This document shows positions 10,501 to 17,562 of a stretch of DNA of 43,958 nt, in pieces. Position 1 is the stretch's first letter. Each line of letters opens with the position of its first letter. The position numbers and the translations under genes were made by a program. This stretch comes from Clostridia bacterium (GTDB taxonomy: Bacteria; Bacillota; Clostridia; Christensenellales; UBA1242), in NCBI GenBank assembly GCA_046882085.1, contig JBKSNA010000033.1, forward strand, positions 1 through 43,958, in the 5' to 3' direction. The notes under the pieces were generated by a model. It searched no databases. It had not been told where the DNA came from and saw only the letters and a list, made by a program, of their open reading frames with translations.

Positions 10501-12009
10501 TTTGCTTCTATGGAGAAGCGTGATGGTGTAGTGGATACCAAAGTGCGCAATCTAACCCTTACAGCTAGCTCGGTATGGGCTACTAAGACTCAGTCGGTGG
10601 GAATTTTAGCTGGTATTATAGAGAACTTCGATCTATACAATATTTACATTGATTCAGAGAATATCACAGTAGTCGGTGGTAATGCAGTCGGTGGATTAGC
10701 GGGAATCATTCGTGGTAATTTTGATATGGATATGATTAGTAGTAATGTCGGCGTGAATAGTACTCGAGTGGTCGCTACTAGTCAACATTATATATATAGT
10801 TCGATCAATAATCAGGGATCAAAGTCAAACAATATCTCCAATGTCTACTATGCTGGTAGTATCGCTGGTATATTAGATGGTTATGATACTTATACAGGAT
10901 TTGATATTAATGATGATAGAATTGTAACGTCGGTAGATAATAGAATCAATAACTATTATCAAGCGAGAAATATCTCAGTATCTGGATCTATGGTATTGAT
11001 CGGAGATATTGTGGGTAGTGCATTTGGTTTCGTAGGCGAGAGAGTACAGGTAGACAATGCAAATATCTCACTCACAGATGCCAGCATCAAGGGTAGCCAA
11101 TATTCATCTGGTTTAGTAGGTGAGAATAGAGGTGTTATTACTAGATATCGTGCTAAAGTCGTAGGAGATCAAAGTTACGCATTGGCTACAGGCGCTATGG
11201 GTGGATTAGTAGGATTGAATTTAGGCGGTCTAGTTCGTAATTCTGCATTTGAAGGCGATATTATCAACAATCAACGAAAAGCAGTTATTGGTGGCATAAT
11301 CGGCCGAAACATTAATGGTACACTAAATAATGTAGAAGTGTCTGGTAAACTATATGGTCATTTCGCAGGTGGAATAGTAGGAGCAGACTATACTAAGGAG
11401 ACACTTATTGGACATAGTAGTGGGTATGGTGCATTGGCGAATACTTGCAAGAGTGATACGATCATTCCTAGTTCGGTCAAGTATATAGATTCTGAACCAT
11501 TAGCTAAATTTACAGACCTGAAGATGTCTATTGATACACTCCAGAATATGCTAAAGAACATTGAGTCTTATTATAGTTATGATATAGAATCTAGCGAGAG
11601 TGGTGGTGTTGTTAGCCATACATTAAAACAAACTAGATATAGAGTCTTAGGCCTAAGTATTGCTATCTCAGACGTAGCACAGCAGATTACGGATATCGAG
11701 AAAGTTGACAATGCTATTGTATTCAATCAATCTATAGTTTCTCCTACGTCAGTTACTGAACCATATGTAGAAGTATCTGTATCTGACGGATTATTGACAA
11801 GTTCGGGAGATGTCAAAGTCCAAATCGCTCTCAATAATTCTAATCAAATAATCAAGACAATACTACCTGAAGGTGAAGGGCTATCTGATGTATATCAAGT
11901 ATATCTCACAGGCGCTATAGTAGTAACATTTGATTATTGGAATGATGAGTATAGCAATGCGGATATGTTAATATTAGGTGATTTGCAAGCAGTAGAAGAG
12001 ACTACATAG
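1513..12009 (+). CDS. giant (3498 aa) surface lipoprotein with Ig-like domains and three GLUG-repeat beta-helix modules
   Basis: Signal peptide with lipobox: MKKISSLLLILITMVSCCFLTAC. Pro-rich linker PVVSPVVPEYGEEPVEPLSDEPSP. Big_2-like segment SIVSIESAGKIRINSTGKTTLKFISV. Dozens of N-[VI]-GG-[LI]-[VI]-G repeats (GLUG motif). Confidence 0.85.
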   Translation: MKKISSLLLILITMVSCCFLTACGDKYSKLKMTFESISGETLESVNFVIDDDNEFGGIDMGVRFSDIEKKHIGEIEVRSEPEGLITVSNYSLVGSLYTFRVEANSASDNAKLIVRHMSSNKSQSIDLTIDQKSKNINVNNSKYVVDISNKESRYIDFTQILTMYPTGSTDKIQFALKDGETLPTGITPIKRDSQDLNYSGFSFAEDCGVGNVKIYPITTMHGYEDTKYENEVITIHFIDGIEEIGLVSKEAPEDVDKYIGYGSIEDPIYLLANGGDADVDLRSYMVGVQYLDGSNYVDIGTYLEYYTVNAECDDSNGESNNIMTSVVGDGVVAISATAHTNNPLEINVSIVPNGYVGEIQEISQKLYVKGVMRPNTVEMSDGSDLIDYELDSEDVRNYEIDVYNYYEDSTLGKKFTFKSITFGESPVLDGMDKIRIVISADLIDNDGNIYLNDTFTETTNASEFRLENGDTKAVGSSRYLLDFHLETDERVRFYWNGKNMVSEPIDNNSKIYIITKGLADDLTKPISDLEFVVSTINEYGKEELGYTYLSTAQSKHINVNVNRMEGVKALDVYMALGNDTKYETIKDPAMNVLKNASKIYINRNNLPVLNGVEYPYYYLYLSSDSAKGPNKNTVNNVDFELSVTADSNKNNPLILSDGVTVGNSGLVRHETISYIKLKYYNTTDVGEYTISFIQPASGFSKSINIYIYETISDAGLSDLIDLPTDDKFFKNSGLYDTYLSTPDPVVSPVVPEYGEEPVEPLSDEPSPFYDVYIINSGRAFDIEIMLTDALKASEKMGFIEGYAFEYDMVKYDNEFKPANINGIDQYFSRSHTSATENYANISFKQGTYIGGIRFVKLTAEVSVKTYTDVLTEGESLPITYDMYFFIYDEIKDTDISLDRSTDTVYARDYLGVFDKEDSQMYLDLVLDENLWHYTQIQQDDNKTKWGINSNKVIKDSITDTHAELTFNGDNDNALYQVEITASIKQFGRTFTKTCKITVRRPIITERVILNSHSYEDTNGQSYIYMKLGENNPYNVEVTNYSSYGLVTNPGVEMIVVDEMNVPSDQFVITGNTINAKLDAEPGDYYLIIFARDALKLAPSVSHGGYDHPEDFIMESVGPGGDQYKNAFFRLKISLADGSEEYPYLIHSAQDFASIEGKYNYKLMNNINLSSLHDFKGITEFNGRIFTEGSVRTIGGIRLHNDLPNIITSFGGVMENIMFEAIFDFVSYDKEGKLGIIGTNIGELRNVFVDISGQATATKDVYLGGLVGHNAVKESKVGLIAYTDKTKVGANIDVNLGGTIYFGGLVGLNDGTIQATAKSSESVEYVDFSVSLGDQGSIANVNITALSTLKAVGGIVGKNTGYITNAYVTGIIDAGDTDNVGGAIGINEYYTADTDTSIEVTLLKGPDGKELNAIGSIGRVEDYDYKVSYITSTVRISARHNVGGIIGYNNSGIITECHYQIVPTILEINNGTKAVAIIGNSNVGGLVGKTTNGLVSYSSVYSYRWDYSKLEDIDNNYDISGTTNVAGLVGLAQSENTEMLSTSNYHKLSAIIYSSANGNVNGHGLANYSRVNANEIEANYVLATFNAYFLGKGDIEINSILNQNVYLKKYDNSSNTLVNTSIDNFKSSPGKDYWGDGSKFWGDKATLNGGYIYVTRDEGGKNSLFEVAPTDVSAVVRDGTCDIKDKEGNIIKEPNYTIAENINKLLVLNYYDFNSADIDIATLNNLNNEHNTHSIQDYIRFGYAPSDLSGVRLYIESKDPSIVSIESAGKIRINSTGKTTLKFISVLNPAITTEIDIIVITPIGDYEVSDNLNDPNMSSLSIAKGKSKLLYNYTSGEIDGYSYVTNANPYLNISVATPNDVTLPANKEISDYILIIGIDNSRLSNTLPFTIKVLDTFENAKFEFTVKPYTLIKYNEVDYYIYSSIYTEENELDTFDLYIGEGGTGISLNYSGALLYPADRTIITAYLETDLQLDQSKYQDAKDKLLQSALIGNIDVSSMINVVSIGSLNDDGVQPIYFELIIDENEFKNESKFDKMTTIELVFQANENEDITTKATFDILPQKIEKIDINNYTKNGTEWVLTDMIKPASKESPNGSLLRIDMVPINAYFDYLEIRDITGSELIKFIQVKNDKLEALDLVFTDDGLGIRLYPQTDDDTIYVQMMIESTYTTKAHTLEVTAYALGSDGTVYNLYSETKQVEAKMLPKIETTYVLPNGVNQNISNDGTVYLAAGTDAEFRINVTDATAPMTHTLTYADGTECTDYELVLDQGLFYILKYVGDPIKRAELLGKTIKLTLTAVAEEENGEYEETTHTINFTLVEYQIHSVSVSPSMNGDIYGLFNRPVDLSFYFAPTDISYYGRESNNTEYRHTDDRTKASTDNVLKSIYDILDALNPTGNDVPEKQISPSSNVVEFDMRAIDQSSNKQLTINVVKETKDGDDIISYVGDEKIILSLYLKLENNLWIINAAPTEGTEPTIKQEYGLNFIDPSSKKEPIIITSEKEFTEMASGPNTYYALGKDLEFYDYVPLNVNVTEFDGNGHKITIRGFVDSENADVKLGVFSEIPAGMLVKNLTVEYPADSIGYVREGNSIYRYQDLTDSTAVNYTAVSFGGIASVNNGIITNCKVMGTIAVHASVLESRGDAMTIGGLVATNSSTGYITHSSTELNIYSQSNIGGLVYENAGTIASSYNKNAKIYAYNKNLSSSIIVKVAGFVVDNSGSVSMSYIELDNGYEMSAKDISAGFILNNSGDVSDCYSIISKISYSTNSNYFSGFVDTNSGRIERSYSYINAGQREDNNMFMFFRAGQNSGEMTECIEIVNSNNYSQVEKGLDYVSYSNSRSQFINSGYSFGNNLNINNGAVWTFEFGLPRLVSTKENIREEFDPDGEGDEYVGRYIIYKKIIEETEDGENTKYVEYLSRYGTKDNPFIVHDINSWNEYMMDYAIGGVNTNYFRIVADIDFSGEKDNPKTSTLVFAGDIQGNNMTLSNIILKSNNTLSSIGLFASMEKRDGVVDTKVRNLTLTASSVWATKTQSVGILAGIIENFDLYNIYIDSENITVVGGNAVGGLAGIIRGNFDMDMISSNVGVNSTRVVATSQHYIYSSINNQGSKSNNISNVYYAGSIAGILDGYDTYTGFDINDDRIVTSVDNRINNYYQARNISVSGSMVLIGDIVGSAFGFVGERVQVDNANISLTDASIKGSQYSSGLVGENRGVITRYRAKVVGDQSYALATGAMGGLVGLNLGGLVRNSAFEGDIINNQRKAVIGGIIGRNINGTLNNVEVSGKLYGHFAGGIVGADYTKETLIGHSSGYGALANTCKSDTIIPSSVKYIDSEPLAKFTDLKMSIDTLQNMLKNIESYYSYDIESSESGGVVSHTLKQTRYRVLGLSIAISDVAQQITDIEKVDNAIVFNQSIVSPTSVTEPYVEVSVSDGLLTSSGDVKVQIALNNSNQIIKTILPEGEGLSDVYQVYLTGAIVVTFDYWNDEYSNADMLILGDLQAVEETT

Positions 12010-12011
12010 TC

Positions 12012-12040
12012 TTGACAAATTACATTGTATTAGATATAAT
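12012..12040 (+). promoter_or_regulatory. consensus promoter placed for a leaderless queH transcript
   Basis: TTGACA 12012-12017, 17-nt spacer, TATAAT 12035-12040, then 7 nt to ATG 12048. No Shine-Dalgarno sequence. Confidence 0.6.
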
Positions 12041-12047
12041 CAATCTA

Positions 12048-12632
12048 ATGAAGATAGATTACAACAAATTAATGCATGAAGAAATAAGCAATCTTGGCGA
12101 TAAGCCAAGATTGCTTTTGCATTGCTGTTGCGCTCCATGTTCTAGTGCGGTAATAGAGAGAATTAGTAAATATTTTGATATTACTTATTTTTATTACAAT
12201 CCTAATATCGACACTAACGATGAATTCAATAGAAGAAGAGAAGAATTTGATAAACTTAATGTAAAGATAGTGTGTATGCCTTATGATCATGATGAATTTT
12301 TGAACGTGGTGAAAGGACGTGAATTAGATCAGGAAGGCGGGGATAGGTGTAGAATATGTATTGCACAGCGAATGGATAGAGCATTTCAGTATGCGGTAGA
12401 GAATGGATATGACATGGTTACTACCACCTTATCTATTAGTCCACATAAAGATGCTCAGTTTATCAACGAGTTAGGCGAGAGATTAGAAGAAAAATTTGGT
12501 ATCAAATATCTTCATGCGGATTTCAAGAAAGAGAATGGATATCTTCGTAGTATTGAGATCTGTAGGGAATTAGGAATTTATAGACAAGACTATTGTGGTT
12601 GTGAATTTGCGCGTAACAATGAAGAAGATTAA
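12048..12632 (+). CDS. queH: epoxyqueuosine reductase QueH (DUF208 family)
   Basis: LLLHCCCAPCSSAV motif plus C-terminal CRIC and DYCGCEF cysteines. Start moved from the track's TTG 12012 to ATG 12048, because 12012-12040 is a promoter. Confidence 0.8.
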   Translation: MKIDYNKLMHEEISNLGDKPRLLLHCCCAPCSSAVIERISKYFDITYFYYNPNIDTNDEFNRRREEFDKLNVKIVCMPYDHDEFLNVVKGRELDQEGGDRCRICIAQRMDRAFQYAVENGYDMVTTTLSISPHKDAQFINELGERLEEKFGIKYLHADFKKENGYLRSIEICRELGIYRQDYCGCEFARNNEED

Positions 12633-12648
12633 TACATAAATAATAATT

Positions 12649-13680
12649 ATGAATAATGAGATAATTATCTCAAAAGATAATCTAATAAATAATATTAAAC
12701 AAGTCAAAAAATATAATCCAAATACTCTAATATGTGCTATGGTGAAAGCTAATGCATATGGCATAGGTGTAGAAAATGTGGTATCTATTATTGATAGATA
12801 TGTGGATTATTATGGAGTGGCTTGTTTTTTTGAGGCTAGACAATTACGATCGCTGACTGATAAGAAGATACTTATATTAGGTGTAGTCGACGAGATAGAT
12901 GAGGATTTCTCGTATTCATGCAATTCGATAGATGATGCATTAAAATTAATAAGTTCAAAAAAGAAAATCGATATCCATATCAAGATTAATACAGGCATGA
13001 ATCGATATGGATTCAGTAGTATAAAAGAACTACGTACAGCGCTAAAACTTATAAAAAAATCTAAACTCAACATTGAAGGAATATATACACATTTCGCGAC
13101 AGATGATAAGTATGTCAATATACAGATGAAGAAATTTCAAAAATATTTAAAAATACTAACAAAATACAAAATTTCACCTATTATCCACGCAGATAACAGC
13201 AGAGTAAATAGATCACATAATCATCATCTAGACATGGTGAGAGTTGGATTCGATCTATATAATCAAGACGATAAAATGTTTTCATCGGTGGTTAGTATCA
13301 GGTCTAAAGTGGTAGATATACGCACAGTCAGAAAAGGAGAATTAATAGGATATGATTATCGCTGTGTGGCGAGGAAAAAAGCTCGTATCGCTATCATTTC
13401 TTTAGGTTATGCAGACGGATTTGACATTCGATATATCGGCATGGAGATTTTGGTCAAAAATGAAAGTTGTAGAGTGCTAAATGTGTGTATGGATTGTTTT
13501 ATGCTGGATATAGGTGGTTTGGATATTAAAAAAGGAGATGATATTGTGATTCTAGATCATATCAACTCCCTTATTAAATATTCTGACTATTCCAAGACTA
13601 GTCCATATCAAGTGATGATTAATTTCTCGCACATTAGAGCGGGATTATCTTCTATCTCCACGAATAGCGAATATGAATAA
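12649..13680 (+). CDS. alr: alanine racemase
   Basis: PLP-lysine motif VKANAYGIG, plus IHIKINTGMNRYGF, EGIYTHFATDD and LGYADGF. Confidence 0.9.
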   Translation: MNNEIIISKDNLINNIKQVKKYNPNTLICAMVKANAYGIGVENVVSIIDRYVDYYGVACFFEARQLRSLTDKKILILGVVDEIDEDFSYSCNSIDDALKLISSKKKIDIHIKINTGMNRYGFSSIKELRTALKLIKKSKLNIEGIYTHFATDDKYVNIQMKKFQKYLKILTKYKISPIIHADNSRVNRSHNHHLDMVRVGFDLYNQDDKMFSSVVSIRSKVVDIRTVRKGELIGYDYRCVARKKARIAIISLGYADGFDIRYIGMEILVKNESCRVLNVCMDCFMLDIGGLDIKKGDDIVILDHINSLIKYSDYSKTSPYQVMINFSHIRAGLSSISTNSEYE

Positions 13681-14370
13681 TACTAGTCTTAGTAATGATA
13701 ATATAGATGTTACTAGTGCTGCTACATATGTCCATGCTGCGGCATTTAGTACTTTTTTAACACCTTCGGCTTCTTCAGTATCCATCTCTGCAGTGTATAC
13801 AAGCATTTTATAGGCACGTTTACTAGCGTTTAGTTCGATTGGCAATGTGATAAGGCAAAATACAATATTCAATGCATATATTCCTATGCCTAAATAAATC
13901 AATATATCTGCACCTGTGGTATAATATGACATTTCTAATATGAATCCTAAGATGATCAAAGGCCACACAAAATATCCTAAGAAATTGATTGTTGGTACGA
14001 GGACCTTTCTTAGTTTGATAGGTCCATATTTTTCTTTGTGTTGAAATACATGACCAATTTCATGCGCGGCTACACCGATGGCTGCGATAGTATTTTGATT
14101 GTATACAGATTCAGAGAGAGAAATAGTGTCAGTAGTTGGATTATAATTGTCAGTCAGTTCTCCATTAATATGTTGGATCTTGGTATTAATGCAACCGCCA
14201 CCATCTAACATATATCGAGCTACTTCTCTAGCAGTCTTGCCATGCTTGGTCTGTATAGTATTGTATTGATTAAAAGTAGTCTTCACCTTAGTCTGCGCCC
14301 AAACTCCAAGTGCAATACCGGGAATCATCACGAATCCTAATATATAATATAATAAGTATAAATCAAACAT
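13645..14370 (-). CDS. YugP-type membrane zinc metallopeptidase
   Basis: N-terminal TM, HEIGH zinc motif (AAHEIGHVFQH), C-terminal TM helices. RBS AGGAGA before the ATG. Confidence 0.8.
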   Translation of the reverse strand: MFDLYLLYYILGFVMIPGIALGVWAQTKVKTTFNQYNTIQTKHGKTAREVARYMLDGGGCINTKIQHINGELTDNYNPTTDTISLSESVYNQNTIAAIGVAAHEIGHVFQHKEKYGPIKLRKVLVPTINFLGYFVWPLIILGFILEMSYYTTGADILIYLGIGIYALNIVFCLITLPIELNASKRAYKMLVYTAEMDTEEAEGVKKVLNAAAWTYVAALVTSILSLLRLVLFIFAIRGDRR

Positions 14371-14599
14371 ATTATCTCCTAATAATTATTATATTACTTA
14401 GCTTGTGCATTATTGTCAACAAAAAAATCAAAAACAAAACAATATTTATTATTACAAATAATTAAATTTAAATAAAATTAATATAGAAAATTCAATTTTA
14501 CTCTATAAAATAGTGCAAAATAGCAATTTACAAAAAATAAAAAAATTTATAAAAAATCAAAAAAAATATCGAAAAATATTAGTAATTAATTATTCTTTG

Positions 14600-14608
14600 T
14601 GTTATAAT
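14600..14608 (+). promoter_or_regulatory. extended -10 promoter element of the AT-hook protein gene
   Basis: TGtTATAAT at 14600-14608. RBS AAGGGG lies 6 nt before ATG 14652. Preceded by phased A-tracts at 14532-14576. Confidence 0.5.
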
Positions 14609-14651
14609 AACTTTATAGAAAATTCCGTTATGGAGATTTCAAGGGGTTAAT

Positions 14652-17165
14652 ATGTATAATTTTTTTAAAGATATTCACAATTTCTTTATATCTCTAACTA
14701 TTCCTTTAGGACGTACTGAGATATTCGTGATTTTTGGTGGATTCTTCTTAGCTACTATATTGTGCGTATTGATATTGACAGCACGAGCATATGAGTCTAG
14801 ATTGATCAAGGCTATTGATATGTTCAATAATTATTTCATCGATAATGCACAGATTAATGAAGATAATTTGGTAGCGTTTAATAATAAGATGAAGTCTAAG
14901 AAGGTGCCTAAGCAATTAAGAAAACAATGGCAACAATTTGTATTATATCGTGAGAATAATGCTAGTCATTATATGTCCTTCGAGAACTGTGTGTCTAATC
15001 CAATTAGAAATAGTAGTTTCAAGATTGATATCAAAGTAATGAATATCATTGCATACATTACTGCATCTCTAAGTTTCTTATTGACAATGTATTGTGAAGA
15101 TATCAGTTTCTTGTATACTTTGCAACAAGCTATTATTACTCCGGTAATTATTCTATTACTTAATTATCTTGTAACCATATTCTTGGATCTAAGACATAAT
15201 GCTATTGTGAGCGATTTGTATCAAAATTATCAATATTTTGAAGTAAACATCGATAAGGCAACAAAGACTCTACCTGATTATGTAGACTATGAAGTATTGT
15301 TCGATAAGAATGAGATTAAGCGTGGTATTCCTATTCTTTATGCATATTTGCAAAAACGTGCTGAAGAAGAGCAACGCGAATTAGAGCGCGCTAGATTAAA
15401 GAATATTGAACATGAGAAATTTAGCTTTGATGAAGCAGGCGTGGCTGGATCACTAGTATTAGAGAGAGCGATGCAAGAGGCTGAGAACTACATAGCAGAG
15501 CGTAAGAAGTATAATCAAGATACTGAGCAGATCAATACAGATATTACTCAGGAAGATATGAATTATCGTGAGATTACTAAAGAATACAATAGACAAATGC
15601 AAGTTAGTAAAGAGTCGTTCGCTAACTACAAAGCGCAACTAGAAGAAGCATCATCTAGTATTGAGGCGAACTATCTCAAAAAACAACAACAACAAGAATT
15701 GGATCGTCAGAGAAATCTAGAGAGAGAATTTGATACTGCTACTGAACGACACAAGAAGGTAATTCAATCATATCAATCAGAATTAGATACTGTAGACAAA
15801 TTCCGTGCAGAGAGTAGAAAGAATCTAGAGTCTGCTATGATGAGTGAGTTCAGTTCTTATAGTAGTAAAGTTTATGACGAAGCTAAAAAGCAAGCTGAGT
15901 TGAAGCAAAAAGAAAAATTTGACAAACTAAAAGCTAATATTAAAGAATTAGAAGAAAGAATTGTTAGTAAAGATCATGAATTAGAACATATCTATGCTAA
16001 GCATCAAGAATTGACTGAAGCATTAGAAAATAGCGGAGAATTAAGTGCGGTACAAGATATGATGAATCAACAATCTTATGTAGCACCTACTCCAACATAC
16101 GAAGAGCCACAAGACAATGGTGAACAACCATTAGAATATGTGCCAGAGTATGAAGATGTGAATTACGAAGAACCTGCTAATCAAGAGTCTGAAACTTTTA
16201 ACTATGATACAAATGAAGAAGAAAGTTTCGATTTTGAACCAATTTCAGAGCAATTTGCAGAAACTAACAACACTGAAACAGAAGAAACATTCAATTATGA
16301 GCCGATTGAGGAAGAAGAGAAATTTGATTATGAACCTGAGAATCTTGAGTCTGAAGACAATATAGAATCAGAAGAAGAAATCAAATTCAACTACGAACCA
16401 ATCGAAGAAGAATTGACTGATTTAGACACTGAGCCAGAACAAGAAGCTGATGAAGATTTCGAGCCAATCAAAGACGATGAAGAAGGTTATATCAATCCAT
16501 ACTTAGAGCCTATAAAACAAGAAGAAACTAAGGTCGATGACTCCACCGACCAAGAGAATGAAAGCATCGAATCAGGGGAAACAATAGATGTGATTATAGC
16601 TCCTAAGAAGAAGGCTGGTAGACCTAGAAAGATCGTAGATCCAGAGACTATTAAACCTAAGAGAAGCGTAGGTCGTCCTAAGAAACTAGTGGACAATGAG
16701 CCAAAACAAAAGAAAAAAGCAGGAAGACCTAGAAAGGTAGAAATAGTAGATGCTGAACCTAAGAAAAAAGTAGGCAGACCTAAGAAAGAAACAGTTGAGA
16801 TCGTAGACACTCCTAAGAAGGCTGGTAGACCTAAGAAAGTGGTAGTATCAGAGCAACCGATGAAGAAAAAAGCAGGTCGTCCTAAGAAAGTAGTGGATAC
16901 TACAGAGACTACCGAGAAGCGTCCTGTAGGTCGTCCTAAGAAGGTCGTAAAGCGTGGAGTAGGTCGTCCAAGAAAAGAGAAGATCGAAACAACTAAGCGT
17001 CCTGTAGGTAGACCAAAGAAGTCAGACAGCATTGCTAAAAATGATCATGTAGATATTGATCTATATCTTCAAGAGATTGATAAGGCGATCGCTAACGAAA
17101 ATGCGGTAATCGAAAAAGCTCGTAAAGAACTTGAGAAAAAGGCTAAAATCAAAACTAAAAAGTAA
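14652..17165 (+). CDS. membrane-anchored coiled-coil protein with acidic repeats and nine C-terminal AT-hook-like GRP repeats
   Basis: TM segments near residues 22-44 and 130-180, then a long charged coiled coil. F-N-Y-E-P-I-E-E-E type acidic repeats at about nt 16195-16500. Nine copies of [KR]x[AV]GRP[KR]K at about nt 16600-17025. Confidence 0.8.
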   Translation: MYNFFKDIHNFFISLTIPLGRTEIFVIFGGFFLATILCVLILTARAYESRLIKAIDMFNNYFIDNAQINEDNLVAFNNKMKSKKVPKQLRKQWQQFVLYRENNASHYMSFENCVSNPIRNSSFKIDIKVMNIIAYITASLSFLLTMYCEDISFLYTLQQAIITPVIILLLNYLVTIFLDLRHNAIVSDLYQNYQYFEVNIDKATKTLPDYVDYEVLFDKNEIKRGIPILYAYLQKRAEEEQRELERARLKNIEHEKFSFDEAGVAGSLVLERAMQEAENYIAERKKYNQDTEQINTDITQEDMNYREITKEYNRQMQVSKESFANYKAQLEEASSSIEANYLKKQQQQELDRQRNLEREFDTATERHKKVIQSYQSELDTVDKFRAESRKNLESAMMSEFSSYSSKVYDEAKKQAELKQKEKFDKLKANIKELEERIVSKDHELEHIYAKHQELTEALENSGELSAVQDMMNQQSYVAPTPTYEEPQDNGEQPLEYVPEYEDVNYEEPANQESETFNYDTNEEESFDFEPISEQFAETNNTETEETFNYEPIEEEEKFDYEPENLESEDNIESEEEIKFNYEPIEEELTDLDTEPEQEADEDFEPIKDDEEGYINPYLEPIKQEETKVDDSTDQENESIESGETIDVIIAPKKKAGRPRKIVDPETIKPKRSVGRPKKLVDNEPKQKKKAGRPRKVEIVDAEPKKKVGRPKKETVEIVDTPKKAGRPKKVVVSEQPMKKKAGRPKKVVDTTETTEKRPVGRPKKVVKRGVGRPRKEKIETTKRPVGRPKKSDSIAKNDHVDIDLYLQEIDKAIANENAVIEKARKELEKKAKIKTKK

Positions 17166-17170
17166 TAAAA

Positions 17171-17199
17171 AATGGACTAAATTTAGTCCATTTTTTTTG
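17171..17199 (+). terminator. rho-independent terminator
   Basis: ATGGACTAAA/TTTAGTCCAT stem followed by T8. Confidence 0.8.
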
Positions 17200-17249
17200 C
17201 TTAAATTGCACCACCAACAAAATATATTTTTGTTAGAAAATTTGTTTTC

Positions 17250-17435
17250 TTAAGCATTAAGAGCAGTTAGTAATTCGTCTACATTTAGTTCGTGTACTTG
17301 GCAGGCTTCTTCTAATGATTCCATCTGGGCACATGGACAATATATACAATGCAAGCCGAAGTTGGTAAGTATCTCTTCTGCATTAGGGTGATTTTCTAAT
17401 ACGAAACTAATTAGATCTGTTGCTTTGAATTTCAT
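17250..17435 (-). CDS. DUF1858 / hybrid-cluster-protein-associated redox disulfide domain protein
   Basis: 61 aa with the pattern LENHPNAEEILTNFGLHCIYCPCAQMESLEEAC. RBS AAGGAGAG. Confidence 0.65.
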   Translation of the reverse strand: MKFKATDLISFVLENHPNAEEILTNFGLHCIYCPCAQMESLEEACQVHELNVDELLTALNA

Positions 17436-17526
17436 AATTCTCTCCTTGAATATTGAATTAATGATAGTATATACAAAATTTTCAAAAAGGTCAACGAATT
17501 TTATAAAATATTGCTATTTCATAATC

Positions 17527-17555
17527 TTGACAAATATTGCGACAAAGTATATAAT
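17527..17555 (+). promoter_or_regulatory. consensus promoter placed for a leaderless LtaS-family transcript
   Basis: TTGACA 17527-17532, 17-nt spacer, TATAAT 17550-17555, then 7 nt to ATG 17563. No SD. Confidence 0.6.
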
Positions 17556-17562
17556 ATTTCAC

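Noticed and set aside
13645-13680. 36-nt convergent overlap of the alr and YugP-like gene 3' ends, with no terminator between them.
   Set aside because: Short convergent overlaps are common in compact genomes, and nothing else is distinctive here.
16487-17032. 181-aa minus-strand ORF (GRPT/FLGLP repeats).
   Set aside because: It is the antisense shadow of the AT-hook repeat array. It has no RBS, and its repeats only mirror the sense-strand GRPKK codons.
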